Assembly: GCA_001643675.2 (NCBI GenBank)
Contig: LSRY02000059.1
Span: 62,001-126,000, forward strand
DNA: 64,000 nt
From: Monocercomonoides exilis PA203
Lineage: Eukaryota; Protista; Preaxostyla
Direction: 5' to 3'
This document shows positions 46,632 to 59,100 of this stretch, in pieces. The number at the start of each line of letters is the position of its first letter. Within the stretch, counting starts at the first letter, position 1. The notes under the pieces were generated by a model, which did not search any database, had not been told where the DNA came from, and saw only the letters and a list, made by a program, of their open reading frames with translations. The position numbers were made by a program, and so were the translations under genes.

Positions 46632-48742
46632 ATGCGACTGTTTCTTTTTCTTATTTTGTTTTCTTTTATAAAATCAAAGGTATACAATATCTCAATATTT
46701 TATCATATTTTCGAATGCTTTTATTTCAAATAAATATAAATTGAAGGTTTTTTTCTTTGAACCCTTTGACGATGATACTTTGGGATTAAAATGGATACCG
46801 TCAAAATCACCACATTTTAATGGAACATGGTCAATTGAAGAAAGAAAAAATGAAGTGTATGAACTTGGAGATAAAGGTATCATCATTCTTTCAAAAAATC
46901 ATCTGCTTATCGCTTTGTTCACAATTGTCTGCAACAATTTTTTTATCTTAAGGACTTGTAATGAAGTCTCCAAAATCATTTCACGGAATTACTGCACGCG
47001 CTAACATCAATCCAGAAAATAGAGATTTTGTTCTTCAAGTTTGCGAAAGCTTTATTTTTAGTTTTGCTCTTTATTTTTTTCGTTTTATTTTGTAAAAATA
47101 GTATGATGTCAAACTCCAAGAAACGCCATATGCTTGCGGTGGAGCATATATTAAATTATTCGGAGGACTTTTTGAACAAGAAGTTTTTGATGAGAAAACA
47201 AGATATCTAATAATGTTTGGTCCTGACAGATGTGGAGCCACAAATCAAGTACATTTCATTTTACAAAAGAAGAATGCTATTTCTGGGGAATGGGTCGAGC
47301 ATAAGCTCGCAAATCCTCCACAAGGAAAATTTGATAATCTTACTCATGTTTATACGCTGGTTTTAAAGACAGACGAAACATTCAAAATTAAAATAGATTC
47401 AAAAACTGTAGCAGAAGGAATGCTCAATGATTCGACACTATTTGATCCACCATTTCAGCCTCCTCTCATGATAGATGATCCAAGTGACAAAAAGCCTAGC
47501 GACTGGGAGGATGAGAAAGAAATTGATGATCCAGAAGATATAAAGCCAGAATATTGGGACGAAGATGAACCAGAATTTATATTAGATCCATTTTCTCGCA
47601 AGCCAGATAGCTGGGATGAAGATCAGCCGTTTTATATTCCTGATCCCAATGCAACAAAGCCCGAATTGTGGGACGACGAGAAGGATGGCCAGTGGGAAGC
47701 TCCGATGATTGAGAATCCTGAGTGCATGGCACACGGCTGCGGGCCATGGACGCCGATATACGTGAAGAACCCGCGCTTTCTTGGGAAGTTTGTACCGCGG
47801 AAGATTCCGAACCCGAAGTACATTGGAGAGTGGAAGCCGCGAAAGATTGACAACCCGAACTATTATGTGCCTCGCCAGCTGCATCAGCTGCAGGCAATAC
47901 GAGCAGTCGGGTTTGATGTCCTCAGCGACACGAAGGATGTCCTCTTTGACAATGTGCTTATTTGTGATGATGAGAAGGAGGCTGCGAAGATTGTGGAAGA
48001 AAGGTGGATTCCTCGCTATGCTGCTGAATACAAAGACTGGAAGAAAAAAGCACAGATCAACGAGAATGCAGAACTGAAGATAAAATTGAAGAGGATTATG
48101 AGAACAGAAGGATTAAAGAACAAATTGAAGATGGGAGGAGAGCTGTTGCTTGAGTGGGGGTCAGACCATTATGTGAAGCTGATGTGTCTGGTCTCCTTTG
48201 CCACACTGCTGGTGACTGTTCCAATTGCAGTGTGTGTTGTGATTGCTATCGAAAGACACGATGACAGAGTCGAAAGAGAGAGATGGGAAATGGAGCAGAA
48301 GATGCTGCAACAACAGAAAATAGACATGAAAAAGAGAAAAGAAGAAGGAGAGAAACAGAAAGAAAAAGAAGAGGGCTCACACAAAGAAAAGGCTGAAAGT
48401 GCGAATGAAGATGAAGAAGCTGAAGCACAAGAAGCAAGAGAAAAGGCGAATATCATCGAAGGCCGCATGCTGATGAGGGAAGCCGAGCAAAAAGAACAAG
48501 AAATAAAAAAGAAAAGAATCGAAGAATTACTGAAAATAGCAACTGTTCCAAAAGAGCAAAAGACACAAACAAAAAAAGACGAAGAAGATGAAGGAAAGAA
48601 ACAAAAACCAAAAAAGGAAACCAAACAAAAAGCACCTGCAAAAGTGAAGGAAGCGGAAAAATCACGAATTGTAGAAAAAGAGGAAGAAAAAGAGCCAACA
48701 CAGAGAAAAGTTAAGGGAAAAAAAGGAAAAGGGAAGCAATAG
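46632..48742 (+). CDS. CANX: Calnexin (ER lectin chaperone), multi-exon
   Basis: Signal peptide MRLFLFLILFSFIKSK; VFFFEPF; CGGAYIKL; IMFGPDRCG; THVYTLVL; P-domain repeats IDDPSDKKPSDW, IPDPNATKPELWD and GEWKPRKIDNPNY; a TM helix and a charged tail ending KGKKGKGKQ, which distinguish it from calreticulin. Confidence 0.93.
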
Positions 48743-48899
48743 TCTTCTTCCATTTCTGGCACTTCTTGTTTCTGCTTTCTTTTTGTCTTCTCTTCTTGTT
48801 GGTGTTTTTTGTTTTGTATCTTTTCATCAAAGCGAACGCATCCATATACACTTCGCATCTTCAGGAGTTTTTATGAGTATATTTTTTTATCGAATGAAG

Positions 48900-50347
48900 C
48901 ATTCAAATAGGCGGAGACTTGTGTCGTGGAGGATGTGCAGAAGAAGAAGACCATGCTGATGCTGACAAATCAGACTGGTGAGGAAGAACGTAATCTGCAA
49001 TGGATCTATAGAAAAAAGCGAATTACAGACAAAAAAAAATTCAAAAAAAAAAGTATTTTCATTTAATGAGTATTGAAGAGCATTCATAGTGATATTGAGT
49101 TTTATACATTTTCTGTTTTGGCAAAGTTTCGTTGTATGCTTTTTCTGATTCCCAATCAATTTGATCCTTCGGTGTTTTCTCAAGATTTTCAAGCCTTTGC
49201 TAAAAGGATAAAAATTGTAATACGTTTAAAGATGAAATAAATAAATAAAAGTTATTTGACATACTGTCATCGATTCAAGGAGCATTTTCCCCAAAGATGA
49301 TTCATTTTTTTCAGCTGACTGTGAAGACGAGGAGGATGAAGATAATTCCGAGGAAGAGGCATCGAAAGAAACAAGGTGCTCGCACATTGAACGGAACACT
49401 TCGTCTGCCGATTGCAAAAGATCTGTGGGAATACTGTTTCGCTTTGCTAACCCCGCAACTGACTAAAATGAAATAGAAAGTGAAATAAATAGTTTTAATG
49501 CTGAAACGTTCACAAAAAAGCTTCAAAAACCATATCTTTAATATGCACCCATGGAAGTGTTCCCGTTGAAAGTTCTATTAAAATGAAGAGTGCAGACCAA
49601 TAATCATCAACTTGGGTTGGAGTCTGTGAAGTATTAAGAATTTTCAGAAAATATATTGTTCAAAAATAAAAAAATGTGTGAAGAAGAGTTCAAAAATAAG
49701 AACAACGTACAGCTCCTAGATGAACCGAAACTGATGTGTAACGGTGCTTGGGAAATTCTTTGAGAGGAGGGAGTGACAAACATTTACTTTGATTTTGATT
49801 TTCAACGGAGCATCCAAAATCAATAAGAACTAAATGCTCAGAAATATCTTTTTCTTTTGAAAATAAAAAATTGTTCTAAGATAATTTGAGATTTTAAAAA
49901 AAGGTATTCGTTAAAATAAAGTAATACTGGTTTAATATCACAATGCACAAGTCCATTTTGATGGAATGATTCGAGAGATAAAAACATTTGAATTCCGATT
50001 TTCAATGTTGAAATCAATGTCAAGCGCCCTCCTAATCTTTTCACTCGATCAGAGAGAGATTCACCAAGAAGAGGTTGAATCAAATACGAAAGCTTTTCTT
50101 CGTTCTTTCCAAACTCGATGATTTCTTGGATCCATTTGCTTTTGCAAATGTGTTGCGACACTATCCATTCTCTCTCAATCATTGATGAAAATGCATCTGA
50201 AATTGCAACTTTTGCTGCATATTCTTGAATTTGTATTTTCTCATTTTGTGAGCCTTCAGCATCAAAATATACCAAAAATACTGTTGCATGCGCTCCAAAG
50301 CCTAATGTTTTTTTGATATTATATCTTCCAAATTTCTCCTCAGCCAT
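48900..50347 (-). CDS. Casein kinase 1/TTBK-like protein kinase, divergent, multi-exon (3' end approximate)
   Basis: LGFGAHATVF, YAAKV, LLGESLSD, TLISTLKIGIQM, LVHCDIKP, VLIDFG, DDYWS..GTLPW. Confidence 0.8.
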
Positions 50348-50410
50348 TTAATCCCATGAAATGAAAGAAAAAAAATAATGAAGTGAACCAAAAGAAGTTT
50401 TTTTTATTTT

Positions 50411-51249
50411 TCATTCGTGAAAAACTTGCTTTTTACCCCCTCCAGATTGAATTTCATTTTCAATAATTTGATTTGCCTCTTTTGAACTTAGTCCGTCAGT
50501 TGATTGAAGAAGATCCCAAATTGTGATAGTGTCTTGAACTTTATTTGTCAAAATCCAAACAATTCCATTTTCCCCTGAAGCAATTTCAAAGGGAATGTAT
50601 TTTCCAATAAGAGGAAGAACAGAATTAGAATCCGCAGAAAGTCTAAAAAATAATTGAAAAAATTTTTCAAAAAAGTAAAAAGAAAATGAATTAAATAATC
50701 AAACTGTTTTGAAAGACCAGTTGAACAACGAAATGTCGTTCCTTCTTCTAAAACGCCTAATGGAGATGCACCTTTCGTTTTTGAAATGCAAGACATCGTT
50801 GGCTCCATATGCTTGTCGCAATATGTAATTCGCCCAAAAACTGCAGAGCCATACTAAATGGAAAAAAGAATAGCAGAATATCACTTGCTTTAATGTATAT
50901 ATAATTAGATAAATTAGATAACCTTCAATAAATTCTGATTTCTTCGCGTAGCACCTTCAAAAGCAGTTATTGGAAGAAAAGCGTTTTTATAAGAATTAAT
51001 ATCAACAATATATCCTTCATCTCCTTTTCTATCAGTTATAATTCCAACAACGAAATCTCCCAATGATGGATAATACATCTTCGAAGAAGATTCAAGAGTT
51101 AAATGATGTTTTGCTGTCTGTGTCAGAATGCCACCAACAGTTACAGTTACATCATCGTCCGTAGAAGTTAATCCTCGGGAAATATAAACATCATGCTGAG
51201 ATTGCGAAACGTCAGCATACGCTGTCTCCCCAGGTAAAACAAAAGTCAT
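50411..51249 (-). CDS. RRP40: Exosome complex cap subunit RRP40
   Basis: MTFVLPGE; YYPSLGDFVVGII; AFEGATRRN; EPTMSC; PFEIASGENGIVWI; two introns; stop at 50411. Confidence 0.9.
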
Positions 51250-51416
51250 TTAACAAATTTATTTTATAAAGGGTTATATTATGTTTTCGAATTGAATTTT
51301 CTTTTTGACAAATATAAAGAAACAAGTGTTTTAAAAATATAAAATTAATCAAAGGTTTTTAATACAAATTTATTTTTTTTTAAAAATACAAGAAAAAAAA
51401 ATTATTTTTTTAAATA

Positions 51417-53030
51417 TCAACATGAAAAACTTGAATGAAAGATTGGATGCGGATCCGACCATACATTGATTAATCCATCTAACGCACCTGTAAATAATTG
51501 TCCTGTTGTCTGTGATACTGAGCACGTAGTTATAGGCCTAAAATGCCCAGTCTGTGAATTACTAACATCTGAAAGAGATAAGTTTGATTTTTTTTTATCT
51601 GCATAAATATGGCATTTATTTAAATCAACAGTCTTTAATTCAAAGCCACATGGAATATAAGCTTCATCTAATGAATCAAGAACGGCCATTTGAGTTGTGA
51701 TTTTTTTATTTTCAGTGTTATAAACGCCAACAGTTGATAACTTCATATCTTGCAATTGCACTGCAGCATCATCCGCATCGTCTCCGTCTGAATCAAAAGC
51801 AACTGCAGATAATGAGCTTGATAAATAGCTGGGATCGGTTGTCAGACCTTTCACAGTGAAACGAAGTTGAGGCTTTTCCGAAGAAATGATTGGGAACAGA
51901 TTCCACATCCGAAGAACTCCATCTTTTCCCAGTGAAAGTAAATCCATTCCGCCGTGGCAAAGACACAAGGATTTAACACCATCTTCGTGAGAAGGTGCAC
52001 ATTCCACAGAATTTTGGGCAAAATTGTCCGTTTTTATCACGCTTTGCGCTGTATTTCTGAGGAGGGATGCTTTTATTGGTGACTTTTTTTGAGCAGAAAA
52101 TGAAGCTGTGGAAGGGAAGGCTCCGCTTTGTCTCAATGGGGATGTTGATGTCTGATGATTCATAATAAGCTTTTTCTTTATTTCTTGTGCTGATTGCTGA
52201 ACGCTCTTCTCTCTTCCATCTTCAGCGTCAAAGCACGAAATGGCTCTTGTTGTCCGAAGATCCCAAACACGGATTGAACCATCGTCAGATCCGCTCACGA
52301 TAATGTTTTCTGTTGCAATGGATTCCAAAGAAGTGAGACATTGTCTTTTCTTGTGCATCGCAGGATACGACCCACCTGCCCAAAGAAGATTTGTAATTGA
52401 TTGCCGATGGCCTGAAAAAGTGTTAACAAACACTCCCATTCGAACGTCATACAACGAAAACTCTGGCGTTTCTCCTCCAACGCAAAGTATCGGCTCGGAA
52501 TTTCGAAAAGAAATGGTATTTATGGGTATTGATTGAAACGAAGAAGAAAGAGCAATAGACAAAGTTCTTGTATCCCATATTTCCACCTGTCCATTTGCTG
52601 TTCCAGTTGCAACCATTCCATCATCTTGCGGGAAAAATCGGCACACAGATACTTGCCTGTTCTTGATTCTGTTTTATTTTTAAAAAGACTCATTATTTCT
52701 TCAATAATTGCATTCATAAAAAGCAAACTTCTGTGATGATTTCACAGGCTTAAGCTCTGTTTCTTGTCGGAACGTGTCAATAATGCAAACGCCTCCTTTT
52801 TTCCCAGATGCTGCAAGACTAAACAAATGTTAGCCGTTTTTTGAAAATAAATATTTATCTGCACACAATTGTTGTTTTGTTCCGTCAAAATCACTAGTAG
52901 TAACTGGTCCAATGTCAGAAGGAATAGCGACATAGCTTGGTGATAGTTTTAATGATGTTGATCTTGAAATTTTCCGTAATCTTTCCTTATCTGTCAACCA
53001 TTTTGCATAAAATGGCTTTCGCTTTTCCAT
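51417..53030 (-). CDS. ERCC8: WD40 protein, Cockayne syndrome A (CSA/ERCC8/Rad28)-like DDB1-binding factor
   Basis: FFPQDDGMVATG (cf. CSA WYPHDTGMF); LYDVRMG..FSGHRQSITNLLW; IVSGSDDGSIRVWDLR (WDxR motif); SHEDGVKSLCLCHGGMDLLSLGKDGVLRMWN; GHFRPITTC..LFTGALDGLINVW. Introns lie in the 5' part. Confidence 0.78.
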
Positions 53031-53189
53031 GCGATATTCTATTCAAATATCGAAAAATATTTGTTTTTATTCAACATAAAATGCAATCATGAAAACATGC
53101 AAATTAATTTCGTTTCCAAAAATCATAACAAACAACAGAAAATCAAGATTGCCTCAATTATCAAGATCACACAGCCATATTAAAATAAA
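53031..53189. promoter_or_regulatory. Probable bidirectional promoter between the CSA-like and DDB1-like genes
   Basis: 159-bp AT-rich gap between two divergent start codons (53030 minus, 53190 plus). Inferred from geometry only. Confidence 0.5.
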
Positions 53190-56100
53190 ATGATATCTCA
53201 GGTTATGATTTTTAAGGATTTGATGATTGTGTTTATTGTTTTGATATTATTGTCTTTTTGTTTATATCATTCAGAGGATAATTGGCTCATCTAACATTCA
53301 TCAAAGTTTTGTCGGACATTTCTTCACACCAACTGAAAATGATATCATTCTTGTCAAGGTATTTTATTTTTCAAAAATTATTCATTGAAAAAATGTTTTT
53401 TTATTATCTTCTTAACTGCTAAATTGGTAATTTGATAAATTTAGAGGGATGCTATTGTTCGCTTTCCATTTTTAAAAGAAACTGGAAATAAAAGAACAAA
53501 GCATTATCAACTGAATTGCGATTTTATTTCCGTCAAGCAACTTACTTGCCCATTAACCGGTCAATCAATGCTCCTCTTTCTTCTTCGATCAAGACACGTT
53601 CTTATTTTAGGTTTTTGCTTTTGTTCATATTTCAATACTGTTTGAGCTTTTTTTTCGAACTGTTTCAGCATATGATGAAAATAGCAATGAATTCGTTGAA
53701 AGGGGGATCATGCATGTCCCATGGGAGTATGTTAAGGATACACCTCTTCCTACTAACAGAATTGTGGTTCATAAAAGTAATTGCCTAATTTGTGTTTCTC
53801 TTGAGTATGACACAATCAACTTCATACAAATTTATTGGGCACTCAAAAAGCATGCGAAGTTATATGGAAATGGCGAATGCGCAACATCTATGTATAACAG
53901 ACAAGCATTTCATCCTTTCGAAGTTCTTCTTCAGCAGGCAGTTCCGATAAAGATCCCATCCGCGCGAATTATTGATTTTTCCTTTACATACTTTCCTTCA
54001 GGATTACTTAATCAGAAAAGCATAAGCGCTATGCGACATCAAGAAACTCTTCCGATTGCAATGACGCAAAGCAAAGAATGGTGCTCAACATACCCTTTTC
54101 AGATACAAATTGATGAAAAAGAGTCAAAAATCTACAACAGTTATGCCATCGCTCCAATTCAAGAAGAAAAGCGGATTCGCGATCGGATATGCGATACTTT
54201 TATGGGGGACTCTGACTTTGACAAGCCGTTGTCGTTTCTTCCCATTCGCACGGGAATCGCAATCGCCTTCTGCAACATCGCCTCGCAGCTATCTCAATAT
54301 GCCCATCTTCGGTCAGCCACGCTTGCATTGTCATTGCGAAACAACCTTTTGGGCATTCCTGTGCGACACACGCTGTCGTTTTCCTCGTTTGCTCCGCCGT
54401 TCTATCAGACAGCAAGAGGAATCCATTCGATGGCGTTTATTCGGTCGCTTCAGGCTGTGCTGGAAAAGAATGCTGCATTCGAAGCAAAAAGGCGTCTGAC
54501 AGGCAAAACGAAACGGGCAGATGAGAATTCCAGTTCGTCTGATTTCCAATCGAGAGAAAGTGAAAAGAAGAAAGAGGAAACGCCATTCCAGTTGGATCTG
54601 GTTAATTACTCAGGTTACAGTTCAAGCAGAGAAAAGCCAAAATTGGACAATCCTGAATTCTCCGAACGCGACAGGAAAAGGCTGCTCGATGATTCCAGTC
54701 ATTGTTCTCCTTTAAGGGATAAAACAAACAATTTTCCTTTGAACATGCTCCAACCAATTACTTCATCATTCGTTCCACAAATTCAGCCACCAAATCAGCA
54801 TGTCCCTTTCAGTAATAATGGTCTCAATCTTCTTCCTTCAAGTCCTCTGCTTCCTTCTCTTCCTTCTCCTAGCACTTTTGCTGCTTCTTTTCCATCATTT
54901 GACTTTTCGTCAACTCTTCTTCGACCTCCTAATATGCATGAATCACCATCTCCTTCCTCTTCTTCCTCTTCATCATCTTCTTCCTCTTCTTCCTCTTCTT
55001 CTGTTGAGTGTCTTTCTTCTGATTCATCACCATCCAAAAAAATGTCTTCCAGCAGCAATCTTCACACTCTTCCGCTTGGCTTCTCTCAATCCAACCAGCT
55101 TTTGTGCTTTCTCACTTTCGACCGTCTTCTTCAGTCTGCCTTTGCAATCAGCCCAAAAGACATCGAAACTCTTTCTGTCGAGTCGAAGCTTCTGTCCTAT
55201 TCATCTGCTCTGCTCGAAGAAGAGGAAGAGGGAAGCCTGCGGATTCCGCCGCTGGCTGAGCAAAATAAGCATCCTCTTCAGCTTTTGCTGGGCCCCTCTG
55301 CTTCTTCTGCTTCATCCTCAGGGCATTCGACGCGGCTGGCCGACGCGTTGAATGCAGAGCTGTATAATTCTTGCACACTTCCTCTGTCTTACCTGAACAT
55401 GCTCTCTTCTACCTCTGATAGCTCCAATGATTCCATTAGTTCCAGTAACTCCAGCAAACTTGGCGGCAAAGAAAACGAAGCAGAGCTGTCTTTGCTGGTA
55501 CCGCCTCATTTGAGTCAGAGTGAATTGCAGCAGATGCAGTCGCCGTGTCATCCACCTTTTGGCGCTGTGATTGGATTTCCTTCGCTGAACAGTCAAGTTT
55601 CCTCAGAAACGACTGCATTCAATGTGCAGGATGAGTCGGCAGGGAGAGTAGGCACACATTCCATGGGTTTTGATACGCTCTCACCTTCCAGCAAAGAAAT
55701 GAATGTGTCTTCAAGCAGCACAAGTTCTGCTGGTTTTATCTCTGCGAAGGAAGCTGAGATGCGCAGGAGATGGCGGGCAGTGGAGAAATATCGCAAGGCG
55801 CTGGCGCATCTGATCCGTCCGGTGATGTCACACAGCGACGCCCTTCATCTACCGATGCACTGCCACACGCTCCTCTCTCACCCAACCATCGACGGCGGAG
55901 TGCTGCTTGTGTGGAACGGCGGGCTGTCGTTGGTCGTGGGCAGGAAAATCTCAGAATACAATGTCAATTTTGGGACGCATCAGACAAAATGTGTTTGCCA
56001 TTCGAGCAGCTCAAATGGTTCGTCATGTTCGCCAAATGCCAAGTCGCTAAAGTCTTCCAATTCCCCCACCCTGAATTCGCAGTTCATTCTAACCAATTCT

Positions 56101-59100
56101 CCTCTTCATTCGTCTCTGTCACCGTCTCCCATTCAGCCATCGCTCGCATCACAGCCATCTTCTTCCTCTGCCAGCAGAAATACCACCAAACAAAGCGATT
56201 TTGAAAGACAGATGTTGCAGCTGAAGAAGGATTCTCGCAAAATCAGCGGCTATTTGGCTTCCATTCCGCAGTTCGCAATAGGTGCAGCACGACCAATCGA
56301 AACAATGGGATATTCGCCTCATTTCAGCAAGTTCTGTGCAGACAACAGCAGCCTCACCCGCCCTGTCGAATTCGTAGTGTATGAAAAAGATGGCGCACCC
56401 GTTTTTGCGCCTCTGCTCGTGTGCAATCGACAGGGTCAGCTTTCTCTGGTGAATGTGGCTGTACCGCCGCGCTTGTCATCAAGCATCCCAATCGGCTGTT
56501 GTGCTCCTCCGTCTTCTCTTCTCAGCGTGTTGGAAGTCAATTGGCAGCTATTTTTTGTTCCTTCAAGTAGCTCTCAGCTTCAAGCAAATGAAGTAGCATC
56601 TGCTGGAACAGCTAATAACACTAATTCCAGTTTCCCTCGTTTGACTTCCACTTCTTGTTCTCCATCGAAGTCTCCTTCTCGTCCAGCAGCTCGGCCATCT
56701 TTAGTTGCTGGCTGTTCTTTTGCCCTTTCTGTCCTTTCATCTGGATTTGGTGGCTATGGCTCCTTCAAAACAGTCCTTGTGCATTTCCCGCTGGCTGCTG
56801 TCTCAATCGCCAAAAAGAACTCATTTCCTTCTCTTTTCCAAACAATACCTAAACAGCAGAAATCACCAGAAGAGTCAAATTATGAATCTTCTTTAAATGC
56901 TCTTGCTATTCATCCTTCTATCTCTCAATCTGCTTCTCTTGTTGAAATGCTCTCATCTTCATTGTCATCATCAACAACAACAACTTCTTCTTCTTCTTCT
57001 TTGCCTGAGGTACCTCGCTACCATTTAGTCAAGCGAGTGAAGCAGTCTTCACGCAATGTCAAGCAGATTCACTCTGCGTATCTGCGCAATCTGAGTCCTG
57101 TGTCAGACTCTGTGCTCTTCCGCATGCCGTGTGACTCTTCCATCAGCCCCGTTTTCTCTCCCTCTTTCTTCCGCAACACTGTTCAACTGGCACTCGACTC
57201 CATTTTCTTCTCTTCCTCGCTGGCTGTTCAGCCTTTTCATTGCAGACCGTTTCTGTCTGAAGACATTGTGAATCAAATTAATGCAACCTTCCATGAATAT
57301 GACAGGATTGATAGGCAGCGGATGAAAGCAGGAATTTGGGATGCTTCTTTTGAGCAAACAGGAAATTCTCATGTATTTTTTGAGAGCAATGAAATGAAAT
57401 CTTCTCAGTTAAGTTCTTTGCAGCAGCATTTGCGCTGGTTTGCAACTGGCGGCATTTCTGAGCAGAGAAGAAAGGAGTTCGAAGGGCAGTTCATTCGTCG
57501 GTGCTTTCCTGCGCTGCCAGAACTGAATGCATATTCCCAGTTCAAGTGGCAGGCTCCCCACGATGCCGTTGCCACACTGGGTCTTCTCGGAGGCGTCGGA
57601 GAATTGTTGCAGCCGCATCAGAGCTTCCAGCGTGTTTCTGATTGCAATTGTAACGATATGAGCGAAGTTGATCCAGCGCTGTTCCATCTGCGCAGCAGAG
57701 GCCATCTGACGCTTTTCCAGCCGAAGTCAATCAACGCCAGATGTTTGGATGGCTGCATCACAACTGTGAAGAAGGTTTGGCTGGTATTTGATGAAGAAAG
57801 TGTTGAGCTGGACAGGATGAAGGATGGCTCATCGGTTACATCCAGTCTGCTCTTCTGTGCAAACAACTGTTCGGTAGGCTTGCACTTTTCCAGAATGAAG
57901 AGCAAAACGCACAGTATCACAGACCCTCAATTACCTTCTGACAGATATCTGAAGCTGGTGTCTCCGTTAATTGTGGATGAGCCATTGCTATGTGCCACTT
58001 CTCTGCTGAGAGTTAGCGTAGTGTTGCAATCAACTCAGAATTGCTCTGAAAATCCAAAAGAGTCTGTGGGTTCTCCATTGAAAACTACGATTCCTCCTTC
58101 GCCTTCGTTGATAAGCTCTTCACCTGAGCAAAGCATTTCAAAGGCAGAAATCTTGCAAAGACAAACAAAAGGAGAATTAAAAGATTTGTCGAGATGGAGT
58201 TCATCTTTCCATTTCTGTGCGACAAGATCATTCTGCCGGCTGGTCTCAACAAGAAGCAGAGCATCCAATAAATTGCAAAAAAAGCAAAGCAGTTGCGACT
58301 GGAGCCCGGCAAATGACGGCAGTTTTGTTGATTCGCTTTCAGAACTTCTTTCTGGAAAGCATGCAGAGCTCAAATGCTCCTCTGAGAGCATCAGCATTGA
58401 CACTGTTGCTTCGACTCCGTTGTTTGAAGGAGAGATTGAAGCACAACTCAGAAGTAATACAACAGCTGATAATTCGCATTCCATGTGTATTCCTGTTGGA
58501 TGGGCTGTTGCTGCTGTTTCTATCACATTCATTCAAAGAAGCAGCAAACAGCCAAAAGAAAGTTTTTCAAAATCGTTTTCTATCACATTTCTGTGTCTGT
58601 TGCATTTATCAACAAACGTGTCACACGATGCAATGGGCACAGATAAGAATGTTCTTTCATTCACCCCGCAAATTAGACTTGTTTCAATATTATCAACAAC
58701 AGACACTGTCACAACACTTGATGTCACTCATCCACTGAATCAAGTGGACCAAGTTGAGTTGAATTCGTTTTCATTCCCTCTGATTTTGGCTGGAATTGTC
58801 ACTCGAAAGAAATTGGAAAATTCACTTTGTAATTCAAGCTTATATCAGAACAGCAAGAGTTATTCAGTTCTGGCATTGCTCAATCCATTCGTGTGGGATG
58901 GATCTTGCCACACTGGAACTCGGTTGAAGTCTGTTCTGTCTCTTCCTCCTATCCCCACACTCCATCAATTGATTTTTGACTCTCAGCTGAAGACTCTTTT
59001 TGTTACGGAGTGTGGTGTTTCTGAATGCAATTCATGCCAAATGTCTGCAGACGGTTTGAGTAGAGCAGAGAATGGACAGAAAAAAGAGGGTAATTTGCCA

